This document shows positions 33,522 to 36,529 of a DNA stretch of 36,529 bases, piece after piece. The stretch's first letter is position 1. Every line of letters starts with the position of its first letter. The stretch lies in contig JAJQAL010000023.1 of the NCBI GenBank assembly GCA_021203815.1, positions 3,878 through 40,406 of the forward strand. The letters run 5' to 3'. The notes below the pieces were generated by a model. The model was not told the DNA's origin. It searched no databases and was given only the letters and a program-made list of their open reading frames with translations. This stretch comes from Coprobacillus sp. Lineage in GTDB: Bacteria; Bacillota_I; Bacilli_A; RFN20; CAG-826. The translations under genes were made by a program, and so were the position numbers.

Positions 33522-35165
33522 TTAGTCATATCCTTCGTAGCAAGATCCACCGATAAACTCTCTAATTAATGAGTTAGAGGGAATCCATTTACTCGGCATA
33601 TCGACGAAGAATTTAAGCATACGGATTAGTCTTTCTGCAGTGGGGAAATATGGCGACTCTTTATCCACCATCGCAAGAAGTGGGAGGCAGTATTTTTTCA
33701 TCGCGCATAGCTCATAGGAGAGGAAACTATTAAAGACGAAGTTTGCTCCTTCCTCAGTGTCATATATCCATTTGAACTCGCCTTTACGGACAGAGTCCCA
33801 ACTGGCAATTGTCTCTTCCGCGGAGGAGTTTCTAAACTGGTAGTCTCTTACCATTCTCCTAAGGAGTCTTATATCGGTTGAGGATAAAGGATTCTCGTTA
33901 TCGATATTAACCTGAGCCTGAGGGGCAATAAAGATTTTAAATTTCTGATGATTAGGAATGGAACGCGACATCTTTTCATTAAGAGCGTGAATTCCTTCAA
34001 TAATGATGGGTTCATCCTCAGCGATTTTTAGTTTTCTCCCCGGCACTCTATAGCCTAGCTGGAAATCAAAATGAGGGAGCTCTACTTCTAGCCCTGAGAT
34101 GAGGTCGGTCATATTTTCATTAAATAGCTCGATATCTAAAGCGTCGATTGACTCTAAATCGATATTTCCCTCTTCATCAACCGGACACCTTTCTTTCGGG
34201 AGGTAGTAGTCATCAAGAGATATTCTAATCGGATGAATCCCTCGGCTTAATAGCTCTATTCTTAATCTATTGGCAAAGGTGGTCTTGCCGCTTGAAGATG
34301 GCCCAGCGATACAGATGAGACGAATATTTTCGATATCATCTTCGATTCTTTGTCCAAGTTCACAGAGCTGACGGGAAGAATTAGCTTCACATAGATTAAT
34401 AAAATCGATAATGCCGTCTTCCTTAATGTGCTCATTTATATCCACTACGGTGGAGGCATTAGTGGCCACGCCATATTCATGGGCTCTCTTTAAGGTCCTA
34501 CCAAAGGTAGGAGTGTCCTCAAAAGTGGGGATTTGTCCGTCTAGTTCGCTTCTTGGATACTGAATAATAATTCCAGGAGAATAGAACTTAAGTTTCCATC
34601 TTGTAAGGTAGCCGCTAGAAGGAACCATCCTTGAATACATATAGTTCTTATATCCGCAGCACTCGTAGTAGTGGGCGGTCTTTTCAGGTCTATATTTCAT
34701 AATATCGACCTTATCTTGATATCCCTCTTTTTCAAAGATTCTCTTCGCCTCTGCTTTCGAGACGATATTTCTCGTAAAGGGAAGGTCGAGTCCAACGAGA
34801 CGGGCCATCTCCACTTTTAACTCGTTAATAAGCTGATTAGTGACAATCACTTTGGGCTCTAGAACCTGAAGAAATAGAGAACGTGACACATTTATTGAGA
34901 AACGTATCCTATAATTTGGATGAATATTATGCATTGCCATCGAAATTAAATAACGGAGCGAGGCTTCGTAGATATGCTGAGCTTCTCTATTAGAGGTGGT
35001 AAGAGGCACCACTGTGGCATCCCCTCTAATGATATAGGTAAGCTCTTTCACGCTATTATTCACGAGAGCGCAGATGATATTTTTGTCATTCCCAATAAGG
35101 TCGAGAATAGATATCGGCTCATCCTGAATAATTTCTTCTTCATTCAAAACAATCTTAAAAGACAT
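33522..35165 (-). CDS. nucleoside (uridine) kinase family protein with N-terminal ThrRS-like TGS/N2 domains
   Basis: C-terminal AGPSSSGKTT, ISLDDYY, EGIHAL, RLLRR.VRD..FR; N-terminal 'ALVNN..EL' TGS-like region. Confidence 0.85.
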   Translation of the reverse strand: MSFKIVLNEEEIIQDEPISILDLIGNDKNIICALVNNSVKELTYIIRGDATVVPLTTSNREAQHIYEASLRYLISMAMHNIHPNYRIRFSINVSRSLFLQVLEPKVIVTNQLINELKVEMARLVGLDLPFTRNIVSKAEAKRIFEKEGYQDKVDIMKYRPEKTAHYYECCGYKNYMYSRMVPSSGYLTRWKLKFYSPGIIIQYPRSELDGQIPTFEDTPTFGRTLKRAHEYGVATNASTVVDINEHIKEDGIIDFINLCEANSSRQLCELGQRIEDDIENIRLICIAGPSSSGKTTFANRLRIELLSRGIHPIRISLDDYYLPKERCPVDEEGNIDLESIDALDIELFNENMTDLISGLEVELPHFDFQLGYRVPGRKLKIAEDEPIIIEGIHALNEKMSRSIPNHQKFKIFIAPQAQVNIDNENPLSSTDIRLLRRMVRDYQFRNSSAEETIASWDSVRKGEFKWIYDTEEGANFVFNSFLSYELCAMKKYCLPLLAMVDKESPYFPTAERLIRMLKFFVDMPSKWIPSNSLIREFIGGSCYEGYD

Positions 35166-35197
35166 TCTTTTTCCTCTTATCTAGTTTTCTTTCCTTT

Positions 35198-35226
35198 ATT
35201 GTAGTTAAATCATAGATTTATTTCAA
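35198..35226 (-). promoter_or_regulatory. promoter TTGAAA-17 nt-TACAAT for nucleoside kinase gene
   Basis: Minus-strand hexamers at 35221-35226 and 35198-35203; SD AAGAGG downstream. Confidence 0.65.
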
Positions 35227-35281
35227 TAGGTTATTATTTTCTATTATGGCGGATACGGGGAGCCGATTTTGCCGATATTTA

Positions 35282-35310
35282 TTGCCCGTACACGGAAAAT
35301 ATTCTAAAAT
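35282..35310 (+). promoter_or_regulatory. promoter TTGCCC-17 nt-TAAAAT for atp operon
   Basis: Hexamers at 35282-35287 and 35305-35310. Confidence 0.55.
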
Positions 35311-35336
35311 ATTTTTCGTATAAGTTAGGTAAAGAC

Positions 35337-35759
35337 GTGAAAAATTGGTACAAATCCCTCTCTGAAAATTACAAGACCACTCTCTGGACTTGTTTTATTG
35401 TGGTAATCGCTTTTATCGCAATGATTCCCCTAATCCTAAATGGTAAAATGGAGTTTCCAATCTCTATTGCAACAGGGGGACTACTTGGCGCGATATTCTA
35501 TTTCTGCTTCGGTTTAAGCGAGAATATGCGCTCCCAAAAAGCTAATAACGTCGTAACATTAACTATCATTATTGGCCGTATCTTTGTTGTCGTGGGACTT
35601 ACCGCTTTATTTGCGTTTTTATATTACAGAAGAGATATTCATATCTTTGAACCCATCTCTTTTGCTACTTCTTATTTTATTAGTTTAGTGGTGCTCCTCG
35701 TCGTTCACCTTGTTAATGCCCATCAGGAGAAGAAAGCTCATGACAGTATTTGCGAGTGA
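35337..35759 (+). CDS. ATP synthase protein I (AtpI/UncI-like), 4 TM
   Basis: 140 aa, four hydrophobic segments with Arg at the start of TM3, first gene before atpB; assigned mainly by position. Confidence 0.65.
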   Translation: MKNWYKSLSENYKTTLWTCFIVVIAFIAMIPLILNGKMEFPISIATGGLLGAIFYFCFGLSENMRSQKANNVVTLTIIIGRIFVVVGLTALFAFLYYRRDIHIFEPISFATSYFISLVVLLVVHLVNAHQEKKAHDSICE

Positions 35760-36513
35760 TGAATTTAATGAAAGAATCTCCGTCTTCATGGACTTTGATA
35801 TTGCGGGAGAGGTATGGACCTCGCTTATCTGCATGGTCATTATCCTCGTCCTCACTTTTATCGTCGGCTATATGGCTAAGCACCATGACCCCTTAAAGAA
35901 AACTAAAGGTTTACTATATCTATCCGAGTGGGGAGTGACCTTCTTCGATGGCCTGGTCCGCGATATGATGGGTCCTCAGTTTGAAGGTTTCGGTGGCTAT
36001 ATTATGATTATTGCTATCTACCTCTTCCTCGCTTTTATTTTTGGAATGACTGGACTTCCCTCTCCATTCACTAATCTCGCGGTTCCTCTCTCTCTTGGTC
36101 TATCGACCTTTCTTATGATACACGGGACCTCGATTTATTATAAGAAGTGGCGTTACTTTAAGCGATACATTGATCCTAACCCCATCTTCCTTCCAATTAA
36201 CTTAATTAGTATGTGGTCCCCTCTTATCTCACTTACTTTCCGTCTATTTGGAAACGCGATTGCTGGATGGGTCCTGATGTCGATTGTTTATAACGCTTTA
36301 GAGAATGCCTCCGCTGCGGTATTCTCGTTTGTGGAAAGCGGACTTGGTTCTATCTGGTTTGCCCCCTTTATCGCTCCCGCTCTCCACTGCTACTTTGATT
36401 TATTCTGCGGCTTCATCCAGACGACTGTCTTCATCTTCTTTAGCATGATTTTAATCAGTCAAGAAGCCCCAGAGGAAATAGAAGAAAAACTATCATTAGA
36501 AGGAGGTAGATAA
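35740..36513 (+). CDS. atpB: F0F1 ATP synthase subunit a
   Basis: 'PINLIS....LISLTFRLFGN' with the essential Arg, 'LHCYFDLF.GFIQ..VF'; ATG 35740 follows an AGGAG SD. Confidence 0.96.
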   Translation: MTVFASDEFNERISVFMDFDIAGEVWTSLICMVIILVLTFIVGYMAKHHDPLKKTKGLLYLSEWGVTFFDGLVRDMMGPQFEGFGGYIMIIAIYLFLAFIFGMTGLPSPFTNLAVPLSLGLSTFLMIHGTSIYYKKWRYFKRYIDPNPIFLPINLISMWSPLISLTFRLFGNAIAGWVLMSIVYNALENASAAVFSFVESGLGSIWFAPFIAPALHCYFDLFCGFIQTTVFIFFSMILISQEAPEEIEEKLSLEGGR

Positions 36514-36514
36514 T

Positions 36515-36529
36515 ATGAGTCCTGCTTTA
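36515..36529 (+). CDS. atpE: probable start of ATP synthase subunit c (truncated by the window edge)
   Basis: AGGAGG SD at 36501-36506 and ATG 36515 (MSPAL...); identified only from canonical atp gene order. Confidence 0.55.

Noticed and set aside
1107-35204. Many short antisense or out-of-frame ORFs in the track (e.g. 1107-1502, 5013-5294, 5315-5866, 6630-6986, 14931-15281, 30306-30863, 34974-35204)
   Set aside because: All lie within or across well-supported genes and show no recognisable motifs; shadow ORFs.
35247-35280. c-di-AMP (ydaO) or ZTP riboswitch upstream of the atp operon
   Set aside because: Only short resemblance ('ACGGGGAGCCG', 'TGGCG'); the other conserved elements and required length are missing.
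2628-35739. Longer ORF-track starts for ispF (2628), addB (26798), addA (29094) and atpB (35710)
   Set aside because: Downstream ATGs (2667, 26819, 29130, 35740) fit family N-termini, SD or promoter positions and avoid long overlaps.
1-36529. Alternative genetic code (UGA=Trp as in mycoplasmas; AGG=Met or CGG=Trp as reported in some uncultured Bacilli)
   Set aside because: TGA ends ispF, argS and addA at expected positions. AGG encodes conserved Arg (ArgS 'YIPRLK', FtsX 'LLRCIG') and CGG encodes conserved Arg (YigZ 'AYRL'). Only spot-checked; a Codetta run would be definitive.

Overview
An AT-rich, densely coding core-genome segment with housekeeping content from a reduced-genome member of the Bacilli. 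It resembles Mollicutes or uncultured RFN20/Erysipelotrichales-type lineages; this is an inference from the RNAP delta subunit, AddAB, archaeal-type ProRS and Mollicutes-like ATP synthase subunit a. The genetic code is standard (TGA is a stop; AGG and CGG sit at conserved Arg positions). Content in order: partial FtsX permease; ychF-ispF-argS; rpoE-fba; cysQ; nfu-like gene with tRNA-Gln(CTG); MacB/FtsX-type ABC transporter; choline-kinase-like gene; tRNA-Ser(GCT); proS co-transcribed with a degenerate PAS-GGDEF-EAL membrane protein; tRNA-Ser(CGA); two tandem CNNM/CorC genes; an orphan SAM-dependent methyltransferase; a zinc-ribbon membrane protein; rdgB; tRNA-Gly(TCC); a CPBP protease-TraX-thioredoxin operon; yigZ-mrp-pepP-glpK; addB-addA-DUF5677-like; a ThrRS-N-fused nucleoside kinase; and the start of the F-type atp operon. 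I saw no mobile elements, CRISPR arrays or rRNA. The most notable signals are: apparent leaderless transcription of at least 8 genes; a tRNA-Gly with C at near-invariant U33; the CPBP-TraX-Trx module; a divergent CNNM pair that may form a heterodimer; the catalytically degenerate GGDEF-EAL protein; and an FtsX permease whose second half lacks its extracellular domain.
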